In this document: positions 47,551 through 57,697 of the stretch, piece by piece
Position numbering within the stretch: the first letter of the stretch is position 1
How the letters are laid out: every line of letters starts with the position of its first letter
NCBI GenBank assembly: GCA_030612365.1
Contig: JAUWOA010000001.1
Coordinates: 7,184 to 71,183, forward strand
Direction: 5' to 3'
DNA: 64,000 bases
Source: Candidatus Thorarchaeota archaeon
GTDB taxonomy: Archaea > Asgardarchaeota > Thorarchaeia > Thorarchaeales > Thorarchaeaceae
Notes under the pieces: model-generated
The model's input: only the letters and a program-made list of their open reading frames with translations
Databases searched by the model: none
What the model was told of the DNA's origin: nothing
Position numbers and translations under genes: made by a program

Positions 47551-50500
47551 ATGCAAAAATCAAGAGGGCGACCTCGCAAGCCATTACCTAGACATCCTAA
47601 TCGGGTCATAGCAACTGCAGTCCAGAAAGGTCTGTCTGCTACCCTTGAGATGCAGAGAAGTATCAAGAACAAAAACACCGAAAAAGTTTATGCTAGTTCC
47701 AGAGAAACTTGGTCAGCTGCTAGGAATGTCTACCTTCAGACTAAGCGGCTTCGGAGAGCAGACTTCTCATATATCATGAAGGCTGAACCCAACATGAGAG
47801 GTAATCTTCTCAACATGTTGTACGAGAAGGCCGCAGCTTATGGCAACACTGAAGTCTCCAGAGTTAAGAGATCTAGCGATACAGTAGGTCCGCTCAACAT
47901 CCGTTTCAACGTATGCGGCGCAGCATTACGTGACTTCGCGATGACAATGTACCCCTTCCCGGATCCCGCATTCTTTGGAACACGAATACATCATCATGAT
48001 TCAAAGCGGAAGACCTTCAGGATCATGGGGTATGAAGCAGACTCGTACGGCCCAATGACCCCTCTGATTCATCCCGACATGGTGCCCATGGACTTCGTTG
48101 ATGCAATCAGGCATCACCTCGACTACCTTGCTACTTACTGCTACATCTATGATGTTCCGCCGAGAGACACGGGACGTTACTGGAAACTCCTTCAGCTCCA
48201 TGCACGAGCGTACTTGGACTACATATACTCAGAGCATCTTTATGGAAAAAGAGCCTTCAGAGTTGGCACGAACGCCATACTACAGACGCTCAAGATGGAC
48301 ATCCAGGAACATTACAGTGTCCGCACTGGAAACGCGCCAACCGTCACTGGTTCAATAAACCTCAGGAAGCCATCTTTCTCGATGGCCTTTTTCGAATCAC
48401 AAATCGCAGAAGCAAAGGCTGTCGGCATCGAACATCCCTCTCTGAACGAGCTTGAAAGGATACTCCAAGGCGGATATCGAATCGGAGAACACGAGGAGGA
48501 ACCTTGCCTGACAGAGAATGATGTCAGGCACATCTGGAGAGGAGCACTAAGAAGGAGCAGAAGAATTGGCTCTCAGGTCCACCGGCACATCTCCGACCAA
48601 CTGTGCAGCCCTTGGAGTCTTGCAGAAGCAATTCGCAATGGGGATTCATTAGGCAGCAACGATGGCTATCTCCTATGTTCCGAGGTCTCGGTGAATACCG
48701 GCCTCGGAGCGGGACGGGTCGACATAGTCCTGTTGAGGAGAGAGGTCACACCTGACGGGTTGTGTGTATATTGGAAACCCATCATGGTCTTGGAGATCAA
48801 GACTCGACTAAGCCAATTCTGGGAGTTGACACATGAAACAATCAGGTCCATGTCCAGAAAGAGCCATGGCTTGCTGGACCGGAAAGTCGGAGGTTTTTCC
48901 TTTCGCAGCAGAGTGCTCGACGGCGAGGAGTGGGATGCTATCGTACGTGCCACGCCGAACAAAGGCACTATCAAACAGGTTACGGCGTATACAGACGCTG
49001 TCTGGGGAGAGTACAAGAGAGTAACAGGAACAACACAAGACAATCCGATTCGTGTTGGTACTCTGTTGCTGGATGCGACAGAGAATATTGGTCTGACCCG
49101 CAAGGCCATTCGGAGCCTAGTTATCAATGCGTATGAAACGATGATGAACAAACGAGGAAGCATATCTCGGACACTGATTGAGCCCATCTTGAACGACGAG
49201 TTACCAAGGATTGCTGTCGTGATACATGAACGCGATGAAACGAGTGAGTCAGAAGGGACGTTCATCACCCCCTCTTGGAGGGCTGTCTATGATCCTTTGG
49301 AGAGCGCGAGCAATATGGGCAGAAGGTTCATACTCGCTCTGTTCAGCCAGTCGCGAACCTCAGCTGGCTTCTCAGCAGGATGGATTTCACAGTATTATCA
49401 TGGTCTTCATCTTGTTCGTGACTTGTTGGCGGCCAACTCGGATAGTGGTGTCATCTGGTTGGATCTAGCAGATGAGTTCTCGCACCCTCAGCTTGCTGAG
49501 GCTAGGTTGCGTCTTCGTCCGTACAGCTATCAAGAGAAGGATGTCCTTCGCAGTCAGCCTGAATACATCCGAGAGCTCTTCGAATCGATACGGGTGGTAG
49601 GTCTGCTTCGCGAAACTGACAACTTCCTGTTCAACAAAGGGCAACTACCCAATCTTCGACAACACCTCACTGAAATAGTGAATGGAAGGAAACTGATTAT
49701 CGTGAGCGGCTGGAGTACGCTCCAAGAGGCAACCCCGGAACCACACCGGGCTAGGCTGAATGAGCTTCTCAATGGCATCATTACCCAGCTGCCCAATGGT
49801 AGATCTACAACTGTTCTGTGGTTCGATGCTCCTGTACCAGGAGAGACAAGTTCAGCGGCGTACTCATCCCGCACCCTCCTTCCCTTCTATGACTCTTCGC
49901 GGCTCCGAGGTGAGGTAAATGAGATTATCTGGAACCTGCCAGTCGCTCCAAAGAGCGAAGTCCTACCTCAAGAATGGTGGCTGCCAGTTCTTGCTGCGAC
50001 ACCGTTCCATGATGACATCAGAGCTATTGTCAGTCAGAATGCAGAAGGCTTCGATGTTCGACTAACGCTTGTCCCGCCATTGACGAACTGGTCTAAACGG
50101 TTCCGGAATGAGGGGCTCGGAGTTGTGACAAAAACCGAATCGACTGAAGAAGTAGTACCTTACTCCACAGCGAGAGAGCGAATGAAAGTCCTTGCACTCA
50201 CGTTGCTGCCCTGGCTCGTTGAGCTGTGGCCTTCAGTTCGTCTGGATACAGAAATAGGCTCTCGCATCGTATGTGATCTCCTTGGCGAGATAGAATCCGA
50301 ATATGAACATGGGAGTGAGAGTGTTTCCGTTAAGGTCCGAACTATAGAGGGGGTTCCTGGCAAGGAACCGACCATATTGCAGCGACTTCGCTACCGTCCC
50401 AAAACTAGCCGGGGCGGTAAGTCATTCGCTGCCACCAGTATAAACACTATCAACTCAAGACGGCTCTACCGCGGTCCACGGAAACTGAAGACGAAGCCAC

Positions 50501-51774
50501 GGTGCCTGACCCAAGTCACACCTCTGAGGGCAAGTGTGAACCTGCACGCTGAAAGATTCAACCAAGCTGTGTGGTTTGGCCTACGACTATCCAGCGAGAG
50601 TCTGGGATTCGATTGGATAGCCATTCAAGATGCCAAAGCCCCCTACGGGGTGAGAGTTGGGCTCTTCTATCAACGAGAGGAAGGAACCAAGAGCGAAAAC
50701 CTTGACTGGTCCATCACACGTCTTGATGTAGTTCGGGAATCCGGGTTCAAACTGGACGAATTCGACCAAGTCATTGAGTATGCTTTCACGCGGGTTCACG
50801 AAGCGAAGTCTATGGAGGACTCAAGTCAAGAGCACATGTGGCTCGCATGGAGTAGACCAGACACAGAGTCTAATTGGGCCTTGGCTGGCATGCTTAGCCA
50901 TGTACTTCGGCCCCGCTCAACCACCGTGAGTCTTAGGGCCTTTGCAATCAAGTCTGAAGGAGTATCGACAGCGGCGACCCCTCCCATAGTCGACTTTCCG
51001 GAGAATCTGACAGGTGCTGCAAGACAGGCAATCGCACAGGTCGTCAGGAGGTTGTTGAGAGTGAGATATGTCAGGGTCAGCCTTGCCATGGAGGAAGACG
51101 CATGTGAGGTGCGCTTTGTGGATGAAGGCGACAGAATCCTCCGCAGGGTCAAGATTAGAACAACGGTGGATGTCATTCGACTCTTGCGTTGGCCGATGAC
51201 CAAAGGCAGACCTCTAAGATTGGGGCACGACCTCCGCGTGACCTGGAACCCCTTTCATGACTTCTCACAAGTGCGCCCCGACATTGACTATGGGAAACTC
51301 CGGTATCTGGAACCATTCGTCATCCTGAACCGTTCAGATGACCAGACAGGAACACTACCACCTTTCATGTCAGATGTATTGGCAGAGCATAGACCTGTCA
51401 GTGTTGTGATTCTCCATGATGCGGCAGTCTGTCCTCTCACGGATTTCTCAAAATGGGAGCATGCTAATTGTTGGAGGGTCCAAACCTCGGATAAGGGTTT
51501 TGGATTTGACAATAAGAGTGAGGACGCATTATCTGACAGGCAAGTCTACGCCGTCTTGAAGAAACTGGCCCAGACTGTGGGAGAGAAGAGAGTGCAAATA
51601 GAGTTTGACCACGGACAAGACGAGAACGACCGTCTTGTCTTTCATGAGAGTGAGTTCATGCGGAAACTCTCAAAGGAGTTTAGGCACGTTCCTTTGCATC
51701 CACTGGCCCCGGGACATACGGCAAAGATCAAGCTAATGCTCAGACAACGCAGTCGAGCTAGGAAACGGAGATAG
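47551..51774 (+). CDS. Giant (1407 aa) protein of unknown function containing a PD-(D/E)xK nuclease-like core and an AT-hook-like N-terminus
   Basis: LCSEVSVNTGLGAGRVDIVLLRREVTPDGLCVYWKPIMVLEIKTR fits E ... hhhD ... hhExK. N-terminal RGRPRKP. No Walker A found. Confidence 0.6.
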   Translation: MQKSRGRPRKPLPRHPNRVIATAVQKGLSATLEMQRSIKNKNTEKVYASSRETWSAARNVYLQTKRLRRADFSYIMKAEPNMRGNLLNMLYEKAAAYGNTEVSRVKRSSDTVGPLNIRFNVCGAALRDFAMTMYPFPDPAFFGTRIHHHDSKRKTFRIMGYEADSYGPMTPLIHPDMVPMDFVDAIRHHLDYLATYCYIYDVPPRDTGRYWKLLQLHARAYLDYIYSEHLYGKRAFRVGTNAILQTLKMDIQEHYSVRTGNAPTVTGSINLRKPSFSMAFFESQIAEAKAVGIEHPSLNELERILQGGYRIGEHEEEPCLTENDVRHIWRGALRRSRRIGSQVHRHISDQLCSPWSLAEAIRNGDSLGSNDGYLLCSEVSVNTGLGAGRVDIVLLRREVTPDGLCVYWKPIMVLEIKTRLSQFWELTHETIRSMSRKSHGLLDRKVGGFSFRSRVLDGEEWDAIVRATPNKGTIKQVTAYTDAVWGEYKRVTGTTQDNPIRVGTLLLDATENIGLTRKAIRSLVINAYETMMNKRGSISRTLIEPILNDELPRIAVVIHERDETSESEGTFITPSWRAVYDPLESASNMGRRFILALFSQSRTSAGFSAGWISQYYHGLHLVRDLLAANSDSGVIWLDLADEFSHPQLAEARLRLRPYSYQEKDVLRSQPEYIRELFESIRVVGLLRETDNFLFNKGQLPNLRQHLTEIVNGRKLIIVSGWSTLQEATPEPHRARLNELLNGIITQLPNGRSTTVLWFDAPVPGETSSAAYSSRTLLPFYDSSRLRGEVNEIIWNLPVAPKSEVLPQEWWLPVLAATPFHDDIRAIVSQNAEGFDVRLTLVPPLTNWSKRFRNEGLGVVTKTESTEEVVPYSTARERMKVLALTLLPWLVELWPSVRLDTEIGSRIVCDLLGEIESEYEHGSESVSVKVRTIEGVPGKEPTILQRLRYRPKTSRGGKSFAATSINTINSRRLYRGPRKLKTKPRCLTQVTPLRASVNLHAERFNQAVWFGLRLSSESLGFDWIAIQDAKAPYGVRVGLFYQREEGTKSENLDWSITRLDVVRESGFKLDEFDQVIEYAFTRVHEAKSMEDSSQEHMWLAWSRPDTESNWALAGMLSHVLRPRSTTVSLRAFAIKSEGVSTAATPPIVDFPENLTGAARQAIAQVVRRLLRVRYVRVSLAMEEDACEVRFVDEGDRILRRVKIRTTVDVIRLLRWPMTKGRPLRLGHDLRVTWNPFHDFSQVRPDIDYGKLRYLEPFVILNRSDDQTGTLPPFMSDVLAEHRPVSVVILHDAAVCPLTDFSKWEHANCWRVQTSDKGFGFDNKSEDALSDRQVYAVLKKLAQTVGEKRVQIEFDHGQDENDRLVFHESEFMRKLSKEFRHVPLHPLAPGHTAKIKLMLRQRSRARKRR

Positions 51775-51779
51775 TGGTT

Positions 51780-52403
51780 TCACTTTGAGCGATGGCCTTC
51801 AACTAGGTGAGTGTCCCAAAACTTGTGTGCTCGACGTTTCTCTCCGTCCACCTCGTACTCCTCAAGCCCCAAATAAGTTGTCATTATCATGAACACGGTG
51901 GAGTCCTCAAGGGGGTCCACGACGAAATCCTGAAACTGTTCTCCATGCATACTGATGAGCTTGAAGAGCGACGATGGGAGTGATATTGTGGCTTTCCTTG
52001 CCTCTACACTCTCATACTCGGGGTACAGCTGGCAAAAATAACCCCAGAATCGGGGGTATTCTCCAGTCGGTCCTTGGACCATGTGTACTTCTGTGGGAAC
52101 AAGACAACACCTCTGCTCGACCATTTCTTCATTCCACTGCAACTGCTCATATGGCTCCTCGTAGTCCAAGTCCTCTATTGCGCTCATACTCTCAGCTGCA
52201 ATGAGCTGAAGCTGGAGGGTCTTGAAGTCGAGCTCTTCATCTTCTTCATTCTCATCCCCTTCAGGAAACCAGTCAAGATCGACAATGACTGGAAGACCCA
52301 TCATTCCACGTAGTATGTCCTCTTCCTGCTCACCGAAAGGCAAGGTTTCTGGGTCAAGATCTAGGAGGTCCTCATCTCCTTTCAAATCATCGGATTGCCC
52401 CAA
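51780..52403 (-). CDS. Highly acidic hypothetical protein (207 aa, Asp/Glu-rich)
   Basis: DEDLLDLDPE..EGDENEEDEELDF.. is distributed over the whole length. It is convergent with the giant gene. Confidence 0.4.
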   Translation of the reverse strand: MGQSDDLKGDEDLLDLDPETLPFGEQEEDILRGMMGLPVIVDLDWFPEGDENEEDEELDFKTLQLQLIAAESMSAIEDLDYEEPYEQLQWNEEMVEQRCCLVPTEVHMVQGPTGEYPRFWGYFCQLYPEYESVEARKATISLPSSLFKLISMHGEQFQDFVVDPLEDSTVFMIMTTYLGLEEYEVDGEKRRAHKFWDTHLVEGHRSK

Positions 52404-52868
52404 GACATGTCACTCCCTTTGTCAGTCTTACAGAGGTGCTGTTGTACTTAAGGTTGGCCGTATCATAATGGTTGCATACCCCATGGATTAACCAGCAGTT
52501 CGGGCGTATCTCTTCCATCCAGCATGTTCTGGATATTGGCTCCCCTAGTCACCCTAACATGTCTAGGATCGTCCAACTTCTTGGCAGCCACCCTTCCTGC
52601 TACGTAATGTAGCTAGTTCGCTTTGGCTGCAGCCGCTGTGGTTTCGTTACCATGAATGGGTTTAGAACGATATCGCCCAAATGTGCAAGTGCATCGGTAT
52701 ATCCGCTCGCCGCCTACAGCGGGAGTTTCGTGATGCTGTTGTCTTGGCTGGCTTGATAATGAGTATGTACGTTCATATTCGAAAATGTTCAATATTGTCT
52801 AAGTTTGGTGCAGCTGTTTGCAACCCTTTATTATCTCTCGCCTAGGTTGGAGTTGAAGAGCTGACTGG

Positions 52869-53249
52869 ATGGTCAAAACGATGGCTAAACGCGAATTCAG
52901 ATACAAGCAAGTTATCGCGGTCAGAACCGATTTGGGCATGAGTCGCGGTAAGATAGCTGTTCAGGTGGCTCACGGTGCAGTGACTGCTGCTGAGCGGACA
53001 AGGGTTAGAGCGCCTGAGCTCTGGAAACGCTGGCTCAATGAAGGTCAGAAGAAGGTGGCTGTTAAAGTTGGCTCAGAAGAAGATCTGCTAAAACTTGAGA
53101 TTGTAGCAGCATCCAAGAATCTTCCCATCGCTCTCATCAGAGATGCAGGAATGACTGAACTTCCTCCCAGCACTGTCACAGTCTTAGGAATAGGCCCCGC
53201 GAAGATTGAAGCTATCGATCTTGTAACTGGTGAACTCAAGCTGCTCTGA
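52869..53249 (+). CDS. pth2: Peptidyl-tRNA hydrolase, archaeal/eukaryotic type
   Basis: YKQVIAVRTDLGMSRGKIAVQVAHGAV...IALIRDAGMTELPPSTVTVLGIGP. Confidence 0.85.
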   Translation: MVKTMAKREFRYKQVIAVRTDLGMSRGKIAVQVAHGAVTAAERTRVRAPELWKRWLNEGQKKVAVKVGSEEDLLKLEIVAASKNLPIALIRDAGMTELPPSTVTVLGIGPAKIEAIDLVTGELKLL

Positions 53250-53261
53250 GGAGGATTTCAC

Positions 53262-54614
53262 TTGATTGAGCCCCATCCACTCGAGGTCCTAGTGGGAATG
53301 GAGCTCTACAGCACTGAAGCAAAGGGTGTCGGAGGACGGCTGAAGACGCGCTTTGAGGATTTCCGCGTCGAAGAGATACTGCCAGACGGGAGGAATCTGG
53401 AGCTACGGGAATCGCTTGATGAGTCAGACCCAACAGCCACAGCCGACTTCACGATTGACGGGGATAAACGGAAATACGTTCGATTCACCATCCAGAAACT
53501 CGGCTTGTCCACGATGGATGTTTCCACAATACTCGCCACAGAATTGGGCATCCCAAGGCATCTAGTTTCCTATGCTGGCCTGAAGGATAAGCGTGCTTTG
53601 ACTGTGCAATCCATGTCAGTACCCGCTGGAGCATCTCAATCACTTGCGAAACTCAAACTCTTCAAAATGGCAATTCGGGATCTGGAGTACGTGCGACAAC
53701 CCGTTCAGATAGGTGATCTCTGGGGAAACCGGTTTGCTATTCTTCTAAGGGAACTTGAATCCAGCTGCACAGACTCCATGGGCACCGCGCAAGAATTGGC
53801 GGGCAAATTCATTCTCAACTACTTTGGCGTTCAACGGTTTGGTGTAACCCGACCGGACACACACACGGTGGGAAAGGCTGCCGTAAAGGGCGATTTTGAG
53901 GGTGCTCTACGCATCATGCTGACGGTCACAAGTGAGTATGAATCGGAAGAGCTCACAGGAGCTCGTCAGGACATTGCACAGAACATGACTGTGACCCAGA
54001 AAATACTGGATTGCTTCCCAAGGGGATTGCGACATGAACGTATCGTGCTTGGACATCTCATGAAACATCCCAGGGACTATCACAGAGCATTTACCAAGAT
54101 ACCTTCACGAATTCAAACCTTTTTTGTGCACTCTTATCAGTCATATCTGTTCAATCGATTGATTAGCCAACGCCTGAGATCTGGGCTTTCCATACAGTCC
54201 CCCGTGCCGGGCGATTTCTTGATACAGTTGGACCAAGCGCATTCGGGTCGTGATTCTTGGCTTTTCGTGACCGAACGGAACCTAGAACAACGCAGAGAAC
54301 TTGTGAGTTCAGATGCATATGGTTTGGCTGCCCCGTTACCTGGATTCTCCACAAGAACACCTCCATCCCTGCAATCAGAGATGCTTAAAACAATACTAAA
54401 GGATGAAGGGATAACCCTCATGGATTTCAGAAGCGCAGAAAGCAAAGCACTGGCTTCTCCTGGGAGTTTGCATCTAATCTCAATCAAGGTCCCTGAACTC
54501 AATCCGCAATGTGACGATGATGGGCTATGGCTCCAGTTCAACCTTAGGAAGGGGTCGTACGCAACTGTAGTTATGCGAGAGATAATGAAAAATCATCCCA
54601 TAAACAGAATCTGA
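53262..54614 (+). CDS. truD: tRNA pseudouridine synthase TruD/Pus7
   Basis: RLKTRFEDFRVEEIL ... YAGLKDKRALTVQ ... YFGVQRFG are TruD hallmarks. Confidence 0.8.
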   Translation: MIEPHPLEVLVGMELYSTEAKGVGGRLKTRFEDFRVEEILPDGRNLELRESLDESDPTATADFTIDGDKRKYVRFTIQKLGLSTMDVSTILATELGIPRHLVSYAGLKDKRALTVQSMSVPAGASQSLAKLKLFKMAIRDLEYVRQPVQIGDLWGNRFAILLRELESSCTDSMGTAQELAGKFILNYFGVQRFGVTRPDTHTVGKAAVKGDFEGALRIMLTVTSEYESEELTGARQDIAQNMTVTQKILDCFPRGLRHERIVLGHLMKHPRDYHRAFTKIPSRIQTFFVHSYQSYLFNRLISQRLRSGLSIQSPVPGDFLIQLDQAHSGRDSWLFVTERNLEQRRELVSSDAYGLAAPLPGFSTRTPPSLQSEMLKTILKDEGITLMDFRSAESKALASPGSLHLISIKVPELNPQCDDDGLWLQFNLRKGSYATVVMREIMKNHPINRI

Positions 54615-54615
54615 G

Positions 54616-55203
54616 TCAATCCATATCTCGCCGCCTTTCGCTGAGTTTTCGCATACTCTCGTCAAACTCATCCTCTATTGCGTCATCATCTTTCTCAAGG
54701 CGCTCGTCGTACTCAAACAGTACTTTCTCTCCCATAATTGCAGAAACAATTTCCTTGAGTTGGGCAGTCGTGTATGGAATCCGTTCTTTATCGTCTGCTC
54801 TCAAGATTACTATGCTTTCCCTATATCCTCCGGGCATGTGCAGACTATTGACTCCCACTTCGACCGCAGGGTCTATGAATGTTCTGACAATCTTCCGAAG
54901 CTTGATGGGCCCCTCGATGACTATTACTTCACCGAATGCTTCAGTGATAGCACTAATGAGCTCTTCTGCAGATAACAAAGCGATCTTGGTCCTCTTCTTC
55001 ACAACTAGGATTATCCGGTCTGCCACCTTGATGGCTCGTTGAAGATTGAGATCCTCCAAAGCTGAGTAATCTTTCTCCTTTTCCAGCAGCCATTTGCAGA
55101 ACTCAATATCGAAGGACGTAATCTTACCTTTATCGAATCGCTCCTGACAATTGGGACAAAGAGTATCCGACTCCAAATCAAAACGGCAAACTGGTATTTT
55201 CAT
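54616..55203 (-). CDS. hypothetical protein with N-terminal C4 zinc ribbon (CRFD...CPNC) and acidic C-terminus
   Basis: MKIPVCRFDLESDTLCPNCQ. The rest is not assigned. Confidence 0.35.
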   Translation of the reverse strand: MKIPVCRFDLESDTLCPNCQERFDKGKITSFDIEFCKWLLEKEKDYSALEDLNLQRAIKVADRIILVVKKRTKIALLSAEELISAITEAFGEVIVIEGPIKLRKIVRTFIDPAVEVGVNSLHMPGGYRESIVILRADDKERIPYTTAQLKEIVSAIMGEKVLFEYDERLEKDDDAIEDEFDESMRKLSERRRDMD

Positions 55204-55279
55204 TTTCTATTCCTCGCCAATCTAGAACGCTCCAGCTGTAGCCAGGCCTCGGGCGAGGACAATATTAGTCGTTCTCATA

Positions 55280-55594
55280 CTACTTGGAAATTGTAATATC
55301 TATCGTGGAAACGTTCAAGTCGCTTCCCTTGTCAGTTTGCACAGTGGTTGTATCTATCTGTATGTCCTTGACCTTGACATCGGTGATGAATCTATGACGG
55401 GTTATCTCAGCCACGTCAACAGCTCTGCTAATGAGCCGTCCCCGGGCCTTGATCACAACTTCTTTGGCACCCTTGTTGAAGAGGGTCACACATGCTAGCA
55501 CGTAAGACATCACATTCTTTGACCCAACGAGGACGACTGCATCTCTAGGCCCAGAGTCTGTCTGCTCTGCTTTGTCAGGCTTTCCCTCCGTCAC
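55280..55594 (-). CDS. albA: DNA/RNA-binding protein Alba
   Basis: [45 protein letters not shown]. Confidence 0.85.
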   Translation of the reverse strand: MTEGKPDKAEQTDSGPRDAVVLVGSKNVMSYVLACVTLFNKGAKEVVIKARGRLISRAVDVAEITRHRFITDVKVKDIQIDTTTVQTDKGSDLNVSTIDITISK

Positions 55595-55713
55595 CCGAAG
55601 TCACCACGCTTGCTATCGCTGATTCAATATAGCCCTCTGTGGAGTCCTTCTAATATTGATTCCGATGCTAGGAAACTCGCCATATTTATACGCGAGCAAG
55701 CACATCGCTCCTA

Positions 55714-57066
55714 TTGGAGCAGCAGATAGAACTTCTGCACCTTCGCCTTCGAAAGCTTTTTCTTGCGACCGAACACGGCCACCCTTCGGAGTATAAACGG
55801 ATGACAATGTTGACATTCCTCGGTTCCTGCAGAGAGATAGGTCGTGCTGGGTTTTTCATTGAAGAGGGCAAAGAGAGCGTGATTGTGGATTACGGTGTTA
55901 AGTTCCTCAACCCGCTTGCGTTTCCGCCTTCAGTACCGTTGGATAATCTCCAAGGGGTCGCACTCACGCACGCACATCTCGATCATTCTGGGGGAATACC
56001 CATGGTCCTCTCAGATCCTGATGTATCTCTCTTCTGCACGCCTGCAACCCGCGATCTGAGCGTACTCCTGCTCCGCGACATGGATAAGATTTCTAGGGGA
56101 CGCCTTCCCTTCAGTCGCAATGAGATTCCGCGTGTGAAGCGTCAATGTCAACCTACAGCCTACGAGGAAACGGTTCCACTAGGTCACAATTTCGAGTTAA
56201 CGTTGTTCAATGCTGGACACATTCCCGGGAGTGCGATGGTCTCTGTGCGATGCAATGGCAAGAGAATCCTGTTCACTGGCGACTTCAACACGATAGAGTC
56301 TAGATTGAATATGGGTGCAAGGAAAAACCTCCCGAAGCACGATGTGGTTGTTACCGAAAGCACATACGCTCGCAGAATGAACCCGAATCGGGAAGAGATA
56401 GAGATAGATCTAGTAGACACCGTCATTGAAACCTTGGAGCGCGGAGGGACGGTCCTGATTCCTGCGTTTGCTGTTGGAAGAAGTCAAGAGATTATGTGCA
56501 TTCTTGAGGCCAGCAATCTTCCCCGGAAATACCCAATCTATGTGGATGGAATGGCCAGAAAGGTCAATGATATCTTGGTGAAGCATCCAGAATACATCGC
56601 TTCACCTCAAGCATTCTCAAGGGCTGTATCGAGGGCACATACAATACACGACAACCGAGATCGTCAGCGCGCAGTCAAGAAGGGTGGAATCATAATCTCT
56701 CCAGCAGGGATGTTGAAGGGTGGAGCTTCCCACCTGTACTTCAAGATGCTATATGATAATCCAAAGAATGCGATTATACTCGTCAGTTTTCAGATTCCGG
56801 GGACGCCTGGTGCAGAGCTGCTGGCAACGAATAAGGTCACAGTTGGCAACCGTGATTTCGACGTGGACGCCGAAGTAAAGATTCATCATCTATCATCTCA
56901 TTCCGACTCTAGAGGTCTGTTGGATTTGCTGAAGAAGATACCCGGGGACCCAGAATATTACGTGGTTCACGGTGAGTCTGAGTCTTGTGACGCCTTGGCG
57001 GAGAAGTTGAAGAAATCAGGCCGTCGAGCGCATGTGCCCGAGGTTAGCGAGAGTTTCGAGATCTAG
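55714..57066 (+). CDS. beta-CASP metallo-beta-lactamase RNase (aCPSF2-like, no KH domains)
   Basis: HAHLDHSGG, GHIPGSAM, and a beta-CASP region. ~450 aa. Confidence 0.7.
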   Translation: MEQQIELLHLRLRKLFLATEHGHPSEYKRMTMLTFLGSCREIGRAGFFIEEGKESVIVDYGVKFLNPLAFPPSVPLDNLQGVALTHAHLDHSGGIPMVLSDPDVSLFCTPATRDLSVLLLRDMDKISRGRLPFSRNEIPRVKRQCQPTAYEETVPLGHNFELTLFNAGHIPGSAMVSVRCNGKRILFTGDFNTIESRLNMGARKNLPKHDVVVTESTYARRMNPNREEIEIDLVDTVIETLERGGTVLIPAFAVGRSQEIMCILEASNLPRKYPIYVDGMARKVNDILVKHPEYIASPQAFSRAVSRAHTIHDNRDRQRAVKKGGIIISPAGMLKGGASHLYFKMLYDNPKNAIILVSFQIPGTPGAELLATNKVTVGNRDFDVDAEVKIHHLSSHSDSRGLLDLLKKIPGDPEYYVVHGESESCDALAEKLKKSGRRAHVPEVSESFEI

Positions 57067-57278
57067 CTCTCTTCGGTAGTGGTGCGCGCCTCTACAATTT
57101 GGCACTTCACCTGCTGAAGAACCTCTTCAGCTTTCTGGGGTTCAACGACAAGCGTGTAAAGATACCTACCAGTTCGGAGCTTCAACTTGACCTGGTTCGC
57201 ACCTCGCTTCACACGACACTCTGTTGCGTCCTCAGTCATCTCGAGGAACTTTTCCACGTCATAGATTTGCTTCGGCAT
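57063..57278 (-). CDS. rpl38e: 50S ribosomal protein eL38 (likely start at the internal MPKQ)
   Basis: MPKQIYDVEKFLEMTE...NQVKLKLRTGRYLYTLVVEPQKAEEV parallels eukaryotic eL38 (MPRKIEEIKDFL...[25 protein letters not shown]). Confidence 0.65.
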   Translation of the reverse strand: MPKQIYDVEKFLEMTEDATECRVKRGANQVKLKLRTGRYLYTLVVEPQKAEEVLQQVKCQIVEARTTTEES

Positions 57279-57309
57279 TGTTGCGCCCCTTGTTATCATT
57301 TCTTGTCAG

Positions 57310-57386
57310 TGGTGGGCCGGGGGTGACTCGAACACCCGATTTCCGCCGTGTGAAGGCGGCATCATAGCCAACTAGATCACCGGCCC
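57310..57386 (-). tRNA. tRNA-Val (anticodon CAC), genomically encoded CCA
   Basis: The reverse complement is GGGCCGGTGATCTAGTTGGCTATGATGCCGCCTTCACACGGCGGAAATCGGGTGTTCGAGTCACCCCCGGCCCACCA. Anticodon stem is CCGCC/GGCGG with loop TTCACAC. T-arm is GGGTG/TTCGAGT/CACCC. Confidence 0.8.
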
Positions 57387-57414
57387 ATACTGCCGGCTCA
57401 TCACTCGGGAGGAA

Positions 57415-57573
57415 CTACCTTCTAGACCGCCTCTTCGGCCTGAGGTCCTTTGTATGGCACTTTCTACATTTCTTCGCCTTCAGCGGGTTGGTGGCTCCGC
57501 AATAACGGCATACCGATTTGTAGAGCAGATAATGTTGTGCAAGTCTGCGTTTTTCGATATCTGCTACTGGCAT
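57415..57573 (-). CDS. rpl40e: 50S ribosomal protein eL40 (52 aa; below the ORF-track length cutoff)
   Basis: Manual translation gives [52 protein letters not shown]. This is the C4 zinc-ribbon eL40 pattern ([20 protein letters not shown]...CRKKKCGH). Confidence 0.7.
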   Translation of the reverse strand: MPVADIEKRRLAQHYLLYKSVCRYCGATNPLKAKKCRKCHTKDLRPKRRSRR

Positions 57574-57697
57574 ATCTATAACCTCATTCCTTAACGGCGG
57601 ACTATCTGGTTCCCCTCAAGTCTGCTCAGCCATCCCCGCTAGGTGACGTTAAAAAACTTATGCTCTCTACGCCACCCATTATATGCACTGAGCCCGC

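Noticed and set aside
52404-52868. 465-bp intergenic gap before pth2 as an ncRNA locus
   Set aside because: Only a short CCGC-loop-GCGG hairpin was seen. There is no convincing conserved RNA structure by eye, so it is left unannotated.
54616-55203. Assigning 54616..55203 to NusA, Spt4, Dim2 or NMD3
   Set aside because: The N-terminal C4 zinc ribbon does not fit archaeal NusA or Dim2. The length does not fit Spt4. No confident family match from sequence alone.
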